Positions 52,010-64,000 of a DNA stretch of 64,000 nucleotides are shown piece after piece. Made by a program: the position numbers and the translations under genes. Each line of letters opens with the position of its first letter. Positions within the stretch are counted from its first letter, which is position 1. The notes beneath the pieces were generated by a model. The model was not told the DNA's origin. It worked only from the letters and a program-made list of their open reading frames with translations, and searched no databases. Source of the DNA: Podarcis erhardii (Eukaryota); the NCBI GenBank assembly GCA_964252035.1, contig OZ176202.1, one strand, 5' to 3'.

Positions 52010-52305
52010 CAGAGGTCGGCAACATAAGGCCCATGAGCTTCCTGGAACCGGTCCACAGCCGTTCTGTGGATCGGCCTGGGGATTCCGGGCTTTTCTCCCC
52101 GCAACGCCATTTTTTGTCTCACTGCGGGGACCAACTTCCGGAAGAGTGCCAGAAATGGTGTGTGCGCATGTGCATGGGCACTTCTCCATCCCAGAAGTGC
52201 ACCAGAAATAGCGTGTACGCACATGCAGGCATGCACACTCTGGCCTACCGAGAGGTCTGCCGGGGAGTGGACCAGCCCAGCCTCCAAAAACGTTGCCGAC
52301 CCCTG
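52010..52305. mobile_element. hAT-like MITE
   Basis: TIR CAGAGGTCGGCAAC ... GTTGCCGACCCCTG; CpG-rich interior; no clean 8-bp target duplication. Confidence 0.75.
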
Positions 52306-52765
52306 GTCCAGCATGATGTGCGAACAAGGCTTTTGTGAGATTTTGCTCTTTCCCCTCCAAAATCTGGTCGATTCTTTATTTTAATGTTATTAACTTGCTG
52401 TTGGATTAGTTAAATTTAAAGAAGTCATTAAAAAATATTTTTAAACTACCACGAAAAGCATCACAACAATGTTGTGACAAAGTGACAAAGTTCTGTGAAG
52501 TAGTACAGCAAATTTAAAGCTGTCTTTGTGACCTTTGGTATTGTTCCTCAAAGTGTACAACATACAGTTGCTTTCTAGAGTTTAGTGTCTTTCACAGGAC
52601 TACTTTATCAACAAAGCACTAAGGGATTAAAAAATCATACGATGGCAGCTCTTTTACACTACAAGTGGTGCAGTAATTCAGGCCCGTGTAGTGATAAAGG
52701 GTCAGATCTACAGAGGGTTGTGTGTATGTAAAAGAGGGGATAGGTTTTATATATAATGTACTAAC

Positions 52766-52891
52766 CTCTAACCCGAGTGCCTGCAGCATCTGTTCTCTGC
52801 ACACCCCCTGCAAGCACCATGGCTACGGCCAACTTCACAAGATACAACCCAAAAATCTGAGGGCACAAGCTTGCTAAAATGTCATTTCTCC
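52766..52891 (-). CDS. MCM9: MCM9 coding exon 5 ([29 protein letters not shown]...TRVR-G)
   Basis: Acceptor cttttcag|GG, donor AGAG|gttagt; 126 nt. Confidence 0.96.
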
Positions 52892-53835
52892 CTGAAAAGA
52901 GGGGAGGGAAAATAATTAGTTCAGCTGATAACAAACTATATCTGATCACACACATTTCCCAAGCAAATGTCTAAGATACTACTCATTTGAACTCCTTGAT
53001 TTAAAGTAACAGACTATGACAGGTGAATAAAAAAAAATAATGATCAGATGGCACTTTTGTAAATATTGGTTTGTTGTGGGAATGGTCTCACATGACGCTG
53101 AACAGGAAAAAAAGCCCAGATTCAGTGTTTTCCAGTGGGCAGAGATACTTAGAGAACATGTAGAAATTGGATCAGTAGAAGATGGTGTAGTAGAGATGTG
53201 CTGCTCAATCATGTTGCTGCTGTTTACTGGGAGGTGGAAGGGAAAGGTGGCAGCAAGGTTGGCATGGTATGGAGCTAATTCAGTGCTCCTGCCAGTGCAT
53301 TTACACCATGCCAACCTCCACACTGCCTCGCCCCTCCTCTTCCAACTTCCCATAAGCAGCAGTGATACAACCGACCAGAGGTCAGTTGAGTGGCAGCGCT
53401 CCACCATGCCTTGTGCTACTGGAATAAATGAGATGTATAGCTTTACTGAAACACCTTTATTATTATTCCTCACAGGCAGACTCAAGGGGTCATAGAAATA
53501 ACACAGACTGCTTCTGGCTGTGAGAGCTCTGGCAGATGTACAGAAGTCTCCCATCAGCAAGAACATCCTTCATGCATTAAATACTTAATTTCAAGCAAAG
53601 GAAGGTTTGAGTAGATCAGGTCTCTCCACTTAAATGAATGGGGACCTTTGCACAGGCAGGGGTACAATGTGCATATCTGAGTGCACACAGAACTCTTAGT
53701 TTCAAGTAAATATTAATTACCCGCATAAAAGCCAGCTCCTGGCTTCTGCCTCTTGGTCACACAAACAGAACCAATAAAGTAAGTAGTGTGGCTGTCTGTC
53801 CCCAAGGCCACTTCTCCCTTGCACAGACTCTAGGA

Positions 53836-53971
53836 TAGGCACCCCCAAACTTGGCCCTCCAGATGTTTTGGGGCTACAACTCCCATCATCCCTAGCTAAC
53901 AGGACCAGTGGTCAGGGATGGTGGGAATTGTAGTCCCAAAACATCTGGAGGGCCGAGTTTGGGGGTGCCTG
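53836..53971. mobile_element. hAT (Charlie-like) fold-back MITE, 136 bp
   Basis: ~58-bp inverted arms with about five mismatches; perfect 8-bp target duplication CTCTAGGA at 53828-53835 and 53972-53979. Confidence 0.93.
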
Positions 53972-54210
53972 CTCTAGGATGTCTCTTCCCCATCCATCAA
54001 CCTGAGTAGTCACAGAACTGCTCCATCATTTACAATGAAAGTTACTAGGAAATTCAGTTAGGCACCATTTATTGCACACTAAGCAGAAAACTCTATAACT
54101 TTTTTGACAGTACAACGTACAGTATTGCTCAACACATCATCTAACAAGACAACAGACCATTACCGGTACATTCTGATGCCATTTTAAGCTATTTATATAA
54201 AAAGTGCATA

Positions 54211-54451
54211 CAGTGGTACCTCGGTTTATGAACAGCCCTGTTAACGAGCTATTCGGTTTACGAACTCCACAAAACCAGAAGTAGTGTTCCGTTTTGCGAA
54301 CTTTACCTTGGTTTGCAAACAGAAGCAGAATGGTGGAAGGGCATTGGCAGCGGGAGGCCTCATTAGGGAAAGTGCACCTCAGTTTAAGAACAGATTTGGT
54401 TTAAGAACGGACTTCAGGAATGGATTAAGTTTGTAAACCAAGGTACCACTG
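54211..54451. mobile_element. Tigger/pogo-like MITE, 241 bp
   Basis: TA|CAGTGGTACCTCGGTTTA ... TAAACCAAGGTACCACTG|TA. Confidence 0.9.
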
Positions 54452-54854
54452 TACAACTAAGTTCATAATAGAACCTGCAATAAATTTGCTATGAATTTGT
54501 TATCTGGGAGAAAGCTTTGAACTATGTGTTTTAGTGCTTTTAATGCTCAGAAACAATAAAATTCCTGATGCCAAAGTATCTTGATGAGGAAAAATGCTGT
54601 GAGAATGAAACAAACAGGAATCAAATGTGCATTTATTGAGTAAACAACTGACAGTGCAGGTGGGTTTTGCATATTTAGGTATGGCCCAACTGATAGAAAA
54701 GTCCAACTGCCCTCCATAAAAGCAGGCATCTTAGAAATCACACCTAACAAAACAGGCCTAATTGTGAATATGTCCCCACCCCACCCCGCTAAAAAAAAAA
54801 AGGTGTGTTAGCATTTATTCATTCCACTAATCTATTATATTCTCTTTTACAAAC

Positions 54855-55055
54855 CTGCTAAGGGATCACCCCTATGTTTTTCCCAAAAATCTTCAAATTC
54901 CTTGCGGACCTCCTCATCAATTATAACGCCTAACATCTGCTCGTTGTTTACTTGAATGTAATTGGCCTTTAAGACAATCTCTACATCACAACGTGCATCC
55001 TGGTGAAAGGGTTTCCACCTCTGCATTACTACTCCATAAACTGTTATGTCATCAC
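54855..55055 (-). CDS. MCM9: MCM9 coding exon 4 ([16 protein letters not shown]...DPLA-G)
   Basis: Acceptor ctcag|GT, donor GCAG|gtttgt; 201 nt. Confidence 0.96.
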
Positions 55056-55109
55056 CTGAGGACAGAAACAAGAATGGTCAAAACAATATTGCACATATTG
55101 CATTCTGAA

Positions 55110-55300
55110 CACACAAAGCTTCCTTTGGTTGACTCAGACTATTGGTCCATCTAGCTCAGCATCATCTACTCTGACTGGAAATGGCTTTCTAAGGATTTGT
55201 GCAGGAGCCTTTCCCAACCCTTAAAAAGGGAAAGTCAGGAATAAAACTTAGTATTTGCATACAGAGCACATCCTTTGCCTCTCTCCCAGTTAACTTTGGT
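55110..55300 (-). mobile_element. Degraded tRNA-derived SINE
   Basis: gactcagactattggtccatctagctcagcatc...ctctgactgg is the reverse complement of the 17.8-kb and 27.9-kb tail. Confidence 0.65.
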
Positions 55301-55369
55301 TAATACCAGCAGACATCTGTTTAACAGCTAAATACTTTAGATGCTAGCACTCTGATGGATTGGAATCAT

Positions 55370-55502
55370 AGAATCATAGAGCTGGAAGGGACCACAAGGA
55401 TAATGTATTCCAACCCCCTGCAGTGCAGGAATCTGTTGCCCAACATGGGGCTCAAACCCCACAACTCTGGGATTAAAAGTCTCATGCTCTACTGACTGAG
55501 CT
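55370..55502 (-). mobile_element. tRNA-head, CR1-tail SINE
   Basis: (gaatcata)2 gagctggaagggacc is a CR1-like terminus, followed by ctcatgctctactgactgagct (reverse A box). Confidence 0.78.
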
Positions 55503-56119
55503 TTCCCCTAATGTCAATGACATTATCTTCTACGTAGCAACTTTTTAAAACCTTTATTTGTAAAGTTATAGAGGCAATGCAGCTCAAAGAAAAATAAACA
55601 AACAAGACAATACCGGCTAAAAACAAAGTTTAATGCTAACAACCACTAATCAACCAAATTATAAGCAAGGAACAACCAAGTGGCAAACATTATGATTTTT
55701 AAATTGTGCATATAAAGAATAATATATTTGTAAACAGATCAAATTTACGTTTAGGGTTTAAAAAACCTTGACCTCACCCTTCATCTAGCAATTAGTACTG
55801 CAGCATGGTAAAAGAAATGTGAATTGCATTACCATTAGATTAAATAAAGGTATGGAATAAATTTCTAATGAAAAATGCATTAAAAAAACCATTAAAAAGA
55901 TCAGTGGGCTAAAAAGAAAAAAAGGTACCCCTTGAAAAGGAGTTTCATCTGACAAGCTACAATTGTCCTAAAGTATCAATATTTCATATTGTATGACCAC
56001 AATGACAGCAAAACAACACGGCATATAACAGTTTCCTACTAGACAGTAACAACTCTGCTTTCACCTTTTTAAACATGGATAGTCCTAAAGAAGATGTTTT
56101 CAAAAGGCACGGAACTCAC

Positions 56120-56201
56120 CAGATTTGCAGCTGTCAACTAAGTCATCTTCAAGGACAACTATCATAGAACGAGGAATACTTCCAACAGAGAGCCTTTGAA
56201 C
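56120..56201 (-). CDS. MCM9: MCM9 coding exon 3 ([28 protein letters not shown]); not in the ORF track
   Basis: Read by hand: ctag|GTTCAAAGG...AAATCTG|gtgagt; 82 nt; carries the [14 protein letters not shown] motif. Confidence 0.96.
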
Positions 56202-57528
56202 CTAGATTGCAAGAAGTGTATGTATTTTATTTCAAGATAAACAATGTTCAAAATAATCCTGATCTAGAATCCAACAAATATTTCAACAGAAATTACACTT
56301 GCGTACTTATGTTGATCATTTGTGGCCTCATCCCTGGGAAATAATTCTTTAGCTACCCAGTGAAGTCCAGGCAATCTGCTTTCATTTGGTCTATATTTCA
56401 ATCAGGTTATGAATACTATGGTGACCCCTTTCCAAATAATTTGCAGCCTGACCCTATGCAAATTGAGTCATAATTTAATCCATGATGTTCAGTGGGGCTT
56501 ATTCCCAAATCATTCTGCATAGGATTGTGGCCTTGAAATACTTTTACAGCATGGGGACACTTGACATGTCAAACCAATAAATACAAGGCAATGTGGTGAT
56601 GAGGTACCAGCTGGGTTGTTACAATTATTTGGGGGTGGGGAGGAAATTAGGAAGGAGCTCAATTGCCACCTTGCTCTTGTACATCAATTTCATGCATTTC
56701 TTGGGATTTCCATATGCTGCATACAAAGTTTCCAAAACACCAAACTTTTCCTGAATGAAAACAAAAGCACTTTCTCTTAAAGAGTGCATTTGAATGGGCA
56801 TGCTGCTCAGGTGAAATGGAGTGGGAAGTTAGCCATCAGTGACAATGAAACTAGCCTTTGGTCTTAAACCATTTTAGGTGCTGATCATTTTAATTCACAT
56901 CTCTCAACGTCTGCTGGAAAAATATCAAGAGAAAAAATATAACTAAACAGCAATGTGGAATGGTACTGTTACCTGATGGTTTATTTAAGCACACCTAATG
57001 TGATTTTCCAGGACTATTGTCTGCTTAAAAATTAAGATGTTCCTTATAAGAAGATGCAAAAATGTGATTTTGCTGCAACACAGGGATTCAATCTATATGT
57101 ATGCCAGTAACTGTATTGTGTTTGTCCTCTAGGGAAAATTCAGTACAATCTCAACACAGTATATTTGAAGTTTGCCATAATTATTAATAAGATACAGGTA
57201 GAATGTAGGCAGAATGGTAAAACAATGCATAATAATTTCTACGCTTGCATTCATGTTACTATAACAGCTACTTCAGTCATCAGGGCATATCATCTGTTTA
57301 AGCATTTTGCCAATTTGTGTTAACCCTATTGTGAGATCCTAATTTTGCAGAGATGAATGGTGGGAACTAATGTGCCATGGCTGGGACACAGAATCACGGC
57401 AGAAGGTATACCCAATATTAAAAGGGATGGAGGAGACATATCACTGAAGCTAACATCTATCCACTGATTTCCATAGCAAAATTAGGACCCCAGAAAAGTC
57501 ATGGTATTAGTTTAAATATATTTGATAC

Positions 57529-57845
57529 CTGCTCCTGAATCTTGATTTCTTGGTAGTCTCTGCAGCTGTTGGGAGCACAGGATGTTCCAGAGAGGCAAGT
57601 AAACTTAGATGAGTTGCAGCCTTCTTCATTAGGACAGGCTGGCGGACGGCAGAAGGCATAGTATTGTTCAAAGTCAGCCTTGACCACAAACACATGCTTG
57701 CACTTGTTGCACATGTAATCCCGTTCAAACTCCAGGACTTTCACAAGGCTAGTACGAATAACAGTGCCAGTGACTGAGAGGAAGTGTCCCACATCTCTGG
57801 TCTTTGGGATGTGTTCTCTGGTTAGCTCTGGGCAAACCGGCAAAC
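57529..57845 (-). CDS. MCM9: MCM9 coding exon 2 ([15 protein letters not shown]...CNKC...CPNEEGC...[11 protein letters not shown]): OB fold and zinc finger
   Basis: Acceptor ccag|GT, donor CAG|gtatc; 317 nt. Confidence 0.96.
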
Positions 57846-58170
57846 CTGGTAAATCAGCACATAGAAAATATTACCCCACAAATGTTAATTAAAGCTATGT
57901 TTTCTTATGTCACTGATAAATCCCATCAAGGCTGCATTTTCAATTACCCAGCAGCACAAGTTTGCAAGGCATTCTCAGATACACCTTGATGTAGAGCTGC
58001 CACCAAAGTATTTCATTAACTTGATCTACTACTAACAGCTTGGATGGGGAACTGGTGGCATGCCAACTCTCAACAGTCCCAGTGAACATGGCCAATGGTC
58101 AGGGATTATGGGAGCTGTAGTTCAGCCATTTTTAGGGCATACTATGTTGGCTACCCTTGGCCCCTAGCAG

Positions 58171-58413
58171 AAAGGTAAAGGTAAAGGACCCCTGACAGTT
58201 AAGTCCAGTCGCAAATGACACTGGGGTTGCAGCGCTCATCTCGTTTACTGGCTGAGGGAGCCGACGTTTGTCCGCAGACAGTATTTCCAGGTCATGTGGC
58301 CAGCATGACTAAGCCGCTTCTGGCGAAACCAGAGCAGTGCATGGAAACGTCTTTTACCTTCCCGCCAGAGCGGTACCTATTTATCTACTTGCACTTTGAT
58401 GTGCTTTCGAACT
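58171..58413 (-). mobile_element. 5'-truncated Sauria SINE
   Basis: aaaggtaaaggtaaaggacccctgac...gagcggtacctatttatctacttgcac...gctttcgaact. Confidence 0.92.
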
Positions 58414-58450
58414 TATCTATCATTAATCTACCATGTGCAATTCTCAATTA

Positions 58451-58710
58451 CCGTATTTTTTGCTCTATAAGACTCACTTTTTCCCTCCTAAAAAGTAAGG
58501 GGAAATTTGTGTGCGTCTTATGGAGCGAATGCAGGCTGCGCAGCTATAACAGAAGTCAGAACAGCAAGAGGGATTGCTGCTTTCACTGCGCAGCGATCCC
58601 TCTTGCTGTTCTGGCTTCTGAGATGCAGAATTATTTTTTTCTTGTTTTCCTCCTCCAAAAACTAGGTGCATATTGTGGTCTGGTGCGTCTTATAGAGTGG
58701 AAAAATACGG
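58451..58710. mobile_element. Tc1/mariner-superfamily MITE, 260 bp, with an internal 31-bp hairpin
   Basis: TA|CCGTATTTTTTGCTCTATAAGAC ... GTCTTATAGAGTGGAAAAATACGG|TA. Confidence 0.9.
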
Positions 58711-59379
58711 TAATTACATTGTGGAGTGTTTTCCACTTGAATGACTTTGAACAAAACTTCTAAAGCAAATGCAGATACAACTGGCTAGAGCAGATAAAAC
58801 ATAAGTACATATAGGTAATATGCTTAAAACACATAACTAATACTCAGAGGTTTTAAAGCATATATGAATGTCAAGCTAATGATATGCTGGCCACCCACTG
58901 TCAGTTAAATTCAGCTCCGTTGCTCCGAGCTCATCTTGGCTTGAGCCCAGCAGAGTATACCCAGAGTCCGCAATGAAAGGATGAAGCAGGTATGGTGCTA
59001 CATTGCTAAGCTTTATTTCTAAGCTATGCAGAGAGCGTACAAATATACATCTTGTCTCTGTGAGAAGCAGAACAAAGGAAACAGGAAACCAGTAAACATC
59101 ACATCCCGTCTCCCTTTCCCGTGGGAATCCAACAGTATCTGCACTGTGAAATGAAAACATAGTCTTGTGACTACCAGCTGCTGCTCAGTGAGAGAAACAG
59201 AAACTAACACCCACAACCCCCAGAATTCTTGGGTGATGTCTCACCAAAGCCCCAATAGTTATTTTGGATTCATATAGGCAATAAAAAATATTCAGGTTGC
59301 ATTTTTACAGCTTTTATTCATGGGGTGAGATTACCCTTTGCAGACTGCCAAGAATCCCCTCCTTTCCATGCAGCAGTGG

Positions 59380-59870
59380 TTTCAAGCTCCTTACAGGCAA
59401 GTGGTGCAGGCCCTGGGCCCTGGAAAGATCTGTGGTGGGATTCTTACTGGATGAGAACCCTAGGCTCTTCAATGCCACCCTGTTTTGTTGACACAGCCTT
59501 TTCACATTTTAGTATCTACATGAAACCACTGAGTGAGGTCATCCAAAATTGTGGAGTAAGTTTTCAGCAATATGCGGATGACACACAGCCTTACTTCTCC
59601 TTTACATCTGCAGGTGGAGCAGTGGATGTGACAGACCATTGTCTTGCCTTGCTAGTGGACTGAATGAGAGCCAATAGACTGAAATTCACTCCAGATAAGA
59701 CAGACACACTGTTAGTGGTCAGTTCCCTGTATCAACTTTGTCGCCCTCCTATGCACACATTCCAGCTTGTCAATATTGATTCTCACTGTGTATTTTTATG
59801 TTATAAACCACCCTGTGAGCCTCTGATGAAGCAGGTATACAAACTTAATAAATAATAAAATAATTATTTT
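59380..59870 (+). mobile_element. L2 LINE RT and 3'-end remnant
   Basis: Translation FSIYMKPLSEVIQNCGVSFQQYADDTQ...MRANRLKFTPDKT contains an intact YADD; ends in an L2-type tail with (TAA)n. Confidence 0.88.
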
Positions 59871-61121
59871 ATTTCTCCATGTTCTTGTGGCCTTGGAAAC
59901 TATTTATGTTTTACCGGAATTCTACATAGGGAGATAGCTAGCAGGAAACTCCCATGTCAACCTATAATGTTCTCAAAGGCTTGGCAAGCATTCTGTGATC
60001 ACTGTGAGACCATATTCTGCTTTATCTCTATAAGACAGATCACCCCTGCCCCAACTGCATCCCCGCCCCCCATTTGTATGCATTTCACTAAGTCCTTTGC
60101 AATAAATGCTAAATCTGCAGGTTCACAGAATTGCCGACTACACAGATTCATATTAACTGATACATCCATAGGTTATAGTTATAAAGATATGCAAGGCCTT
60201 ATGGAGGTAAAATTGATGGCATCACACTATCTCCTCCTGATAACAATACTCTCCCTCAGTGTGACACTACAGGTGCATACAGGGAGGAAGCCTTTGAGGG
60301 GAGTGATTAACATAAAAATAGATCACGAAACACACTGTACTTTTAAAAACAAAAACACCCCATCGTTCAGTCAGAACACAAAATAAGTCCTGGAGAGAGT
60401 GAGTGTGTGTGTGTTATTGTAACCTTGGAGATATTATACTCTCTACATAAATTAAGAAGAGCTTCATGTTTTCCCACCATTTTGTCTGCAGCATCCTTTT
60501 TTTCTATTAATAGGCCTAAACTCGACGACCTTCTTAAAGCACAGCTTATGCACCTCAAGCCAGAGAGAGCTACAGCACTTCAGTAAGCTACTGCACATCT
60601 TTTTGGCATGGTTCTCAGGCAAAGCATCCGACAAGCAGACAACTGAGATCCAAAAGTAAAGCATTTGAAGAATAATAGGAGCCACCTTGTTTTGCCCTTT
60701 ATAAGATAAGAGATAGGGAGGCCAGCAAGCAAAGGGATGCAATCATCAAGCGGGGACGGAGATCATTGGTCAGAGAATAAATATTATAATGGAAAAAAGA
60801 AACCATAATTAATAACAGCAGTAAAATCTAGGAGCTGGTGGACTGAGTAAGAACCATTTCAGAGGGAGGGAAAGGTGGAGACCTGCCAAAGTGTGTGGCA
60901 ATCCTGCATGCCAGTTTGAACTGTCTGGAGATAGGCAGGGAGAAAAGAAAAATGTGAACAAAACAGCAGACTCCAACCTCCCCTTTTTACATTCTATAAT
61001 CATTAAGATTCTTTTTAATAAATGAATAAATAAATAGATTACACTAATGCTTGGAGAGCTTCTCTTCAATGCAATTCAATACAATACATGTTTGCAATCT
61101 GATGAAATTCATGTGTCTTAC

Positions 61122-61431
61122 CTGATATTCTGGCATGAAGGTTCTGTTTAACAACAAAGTCATCCGTTTGAGGAAAGGATTGAGAAAGGGTCATGGCTGC
61201 CCTGCGCAACGCATTGTCAAAAACAGGGAGCACTTCATTGGGGAAAGCATTAAAATATTCACCAACTTCCATGTTGGTCTCAAATAGCGTCATAGCATCA
61301 ACAATAACTGGGTAATGTGTATCATCATCTTTTTCTCTTAAAATCAGCAAGAGGTCATTTTTGTGGTGTTCCAGAACATACGACTCAAACACTTGTCCAA
61401 TTAGGTTTATCTGTTCAGTACTTAGAAGCAT
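61122..61431 (-). CDS. MCM9: MCM9 coding exon 1 ([26 protein letters not shown]...NLHARIS-G); the exon begins at 61438 with 7 nt of 5'UTR
   Basis: Acceptor ttttttcatcttctaattatag|GTTCACTATG with A at -3; donor TCAG|gtaaga; 310 nt, phase 1. Confidence 0.95.
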
Positions 61432-61729
61432 AGTGAACCTATAATTAGAAGATGAAAAAAATTACATTAAGCCAGTGAAAATGCACATCTTTAAATTATT
61501 TGTGGACAACCTTTCTTTTTCTTTTGGGTTCCATTGTGAGGTATGGCTATAAATTGAATAAATGAATAAAATAATTTTAAAAACACATTCTGGACTTGTT
61601 TCTACAATTGACTTTGAACTTTTATGATGTTTTCTGCCTACCGTAGTTTCTGGTGGAAATTCTCTCCCACATCTCCTGTACTTCTACAAATTTCAGTAAC
61701 AATGTTTATTTTTACATGGTGTGTTCCCC

Positions 61730-62470
61730 ACCAACTTTTATTTATTCATATTCTTATTTAAACAATTTACATACTGCTTAACTACAGTAGTCTCTACATG
61801 ATGCACAGAAAATTCAATAAAGGTAAACATCAGTTAAAACTATAAAATCAGAGATTAGTTAAAATGCCTGCTGGAATAAATAAGTGTTCCATAGGCGCCA
61901 GAGGTTCAACAGGGTTGAATGACCTCAACTGGAAGGGAGTTCCATAAAACTGGGCCAACAATACAAAATGCATAGTTTTGGGCGGATACGAGCCATGCTA
62001 CTGAACCATGGGGGACCACCAACAGTGTTTCCTCTAATACCTCAGTGATTGGGCAGGTATAGGCCAGAGATCACCAACTGGATGCCTGTGCGAACCATGG
62101 GGTCCATGAAAATGTCCCAGAAGCTGAGCTTTCATTTTTTAAAATGTAAGTCTCAGGCCCTCCTAGAAAGAAAATTATGGGGCAAAATGTACAGGTACTA
62201 AGGGGCACCCCCAAACTCCAAACTTGTTCTTTCAGAGGAAGTGAAACCCCAACCAGAACTGGAAATTTTCTAGTCTCTCGGACACAGGAACCACAAACCC
62301 ACAGAGCCTCTGTCTTCCCAGGGTTCAGGTTCACTTTATTGGCCCTCATCTAGTCCACTGTGCCCAGATAACGCTTGACATCACACACAGCTTCTCCTGA
62401 TTCAGATATTATGGAGCAGTAGAGCTATGTGTCATCTGTGTACTAATGACACTTTGGGACCGAACTTCAA
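61730..62470 (-). mobile_element. L2 LINE RT to 3'-end remnant in MCM9 intron 1
   Basis: YTDDT*LY...MRANKVNLNPGKTEALWV...LPLKEQVWSLGV. Confidence 0.85.
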
Positions 62471-63199
62471 AAAGACCGCACGGGGGACAATAATGAACCC
62501 ATTATACCTATCTGGTGGTTAACAAATGATAAACATTATTACTGATATAGCAAATCAGTTCTTATCCCACCATGCCTATTTATTTAAACTGACAAATTTA
62601 AAACTGCTCTTTCACGCACAGAGCTCTGAAAAGGCAGGCTTCTAAGTTTTAGTAAGCAGGTTATTGCAACATGTGAGCTGCCCTGAAAATTAAAGGGTGG
62701 TGTTATACTGCAAATCGGCTGAGCAAATAAATCAATCAATGTTTGATTTTAAATTGAATTAATTAAAAATCAGTATTTTTAATACCTCCTAATACTCTGG
62801 GTATGTATCTGCTGTAGTTTGGTTCAGTTATCAACCTGAGCAATGCTCATTGGTTAACTTCCATGTATCTAAGACACTGGGGCAGCCAAGGTGGCTCCCT
62901 CCAGATGTTAGGATCCAGCTCAACTCAGCCCCAGCTTGCAAGGGTCAGGTATGATGCAGTCCTACATTGACCAGAGGGTGGCACCTTGCCTACTCCTGTT
63001 CTGAAGACGGGTACAGGAGCTCACAGAAGAACTTTTGCCTTTTGACCAGGAAGCCTTGAAAACTCTTTTTGGTCCTTCAGGACTTAAGAGGAAGGAAGAC
63101 ACCAGGACTCCTGCACCAGTAATCACTGCGGAGAAGAGATAAACTGGGGAGCTGCAAGATTTTGAGGGGTAGAGTGGAGGCAAAATCCCTTCTCCTCCA

Positions 63200-64000
63200 C
63201 CGCCACGTCGCCCTTGACTTCGGGCCTCCTTATTCATTTTTTATCACAGGTGTTCTTGCAGCTCACCCAGCAAAGCGGTCCCCACAAAAACCTAACACTC
63301 TGCTGACTATGTCCCCAGAGCGGAGGGAAAGGCACTTTTGCGCATGTTCTCCTCTCCACACGCTCAGTCGTACTGAGCTCTGCTCGAAAAAATCGCGCGC
63401 CTCAGGCTAAACCCTCTCAGGCAAGCGCTGTGTGGGGACGGGGGAGGGAGGGGAGCACCGAGCCGGCGGCAGCCCCCGAAGGAAGCGGCATTTCCCGCCT
63501 CCGAAGCGCAGCGCTCGTGGGAAGCAAAGCCCCGCCCCGCCCCGCCGCCGCCGCGCTCAGGGCGCCGGGAGCCCCCGGGGGTTGATGGTTTTGTGACTTG
63601 TTGCAAAGAGCAGAAGCCGTAAAGGGGCGGCGGGAGAAGCCGGCTGCAAAGTAAAGCGAGGCTGAAATGGAAGAGCCGCCTGTGTACAAACCAATTCCGC
63701 CGCTGTGGGAGACGCACCTCTTCAGGCGGAGTGGCGTCTTCGCCAGGAAGCGTGTGGAGGAGGAAGTAACCCCGCAGGAGCGCGTTATTGGGGGGAAAGA
63801 GAAAGAAAGAGCTCCCCCGCCTTTCCTCCGGGGGGTCCGTCAGGACTTACCCAGGCGGGGCGGCCGGCCCCTCCTCGCAGTCTTCGCTGCCGCCGGCGGT
63901 AGTAGCTGCGGTGGGTGGGACGAGCGTTGTGCAGTTGGCGGGAGCGACGAGGCGCCTCTCGGTCTCCGCCTTCTCTCGCAAGTTCGCTCCGGCCCGTTCA
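63200..64000. promoter_or_regulatory. CpG island, MCM9 promoter region, with E2F-type sites (TTTCCCGC 63491-63498; TTGGCGGGA 63935-63943) and tandem GC boxes (~63531-63546)
   Basis: Visibly high GC and CpG density against an AT-rich background; motifs read directly. Confidence 0.85.
63851..64000 (-). other. MCM9: Probable non-coding first exon of MCM9 (transcription start not determinable; may lie at or beyond the window edge)
   Basis: Consensus donor CTGG|GTAAGT at 63851/63850 inside a CpG island; the next exon has only 7 nt before the ATG and a clear acceptor. Confidence 0.65.

Noticed and set aside
52979-53566. 195-aa and 151-aa overlapping intronic ORFs
   Set aside because: Both have non-ATG starts and no recognisable domain, and lie wholly in an MCM9 intron.
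63162-63902. ORFs in the MCM9 CpG island
   Set aside because: Same GC-richness artefact; no homology recognised.

Overview
Vertebrate nuclear DNA, very likely from a squamate reptile and probably a lacertid lizard. The evidence is Sauria-type SINEs, a Squam3-like CORE SINE, CR1/L2 remnants and many Tigger/hAT MITEs. Two genes can be fully reconstructed from splice sites and reading-frame phases. MCM9 lies on the minus strand: a probable non-coding first exon in a CpG island near 63.9 kb, then 12 coding exons from ATG 61431 to TAA 34780, giving 3420 nt and 1139 aa with intact zinc finger, Walker A/B and arginine finger. ASF1A lies on the plus strand: 4 coding exons from 44256 to 48080, giving 615 nt and 204 aa. 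It is nested antisense, with its own CpG island, inside the 9.4-kb MCM9 intron that separates the Walker A exon from the Walker B exon. Positions 1 to ~33.4 kb contain no recognisable gene and are mostly old repeats. I found no convincing new multi-gene system. The best second-look items are a GC-AG intron in ASF1A, signals for a truncated or poison-exon MCM9 isoform in the ASF1A host intron, conserved short motifs in the MCM9 tail, a perfect 50-bp AT-rich palindrome, an AP-1/splice-donor cluster, and nested or VNTR-bearing MITEs. Comparisons to human proteins are from memory, not from a database search.
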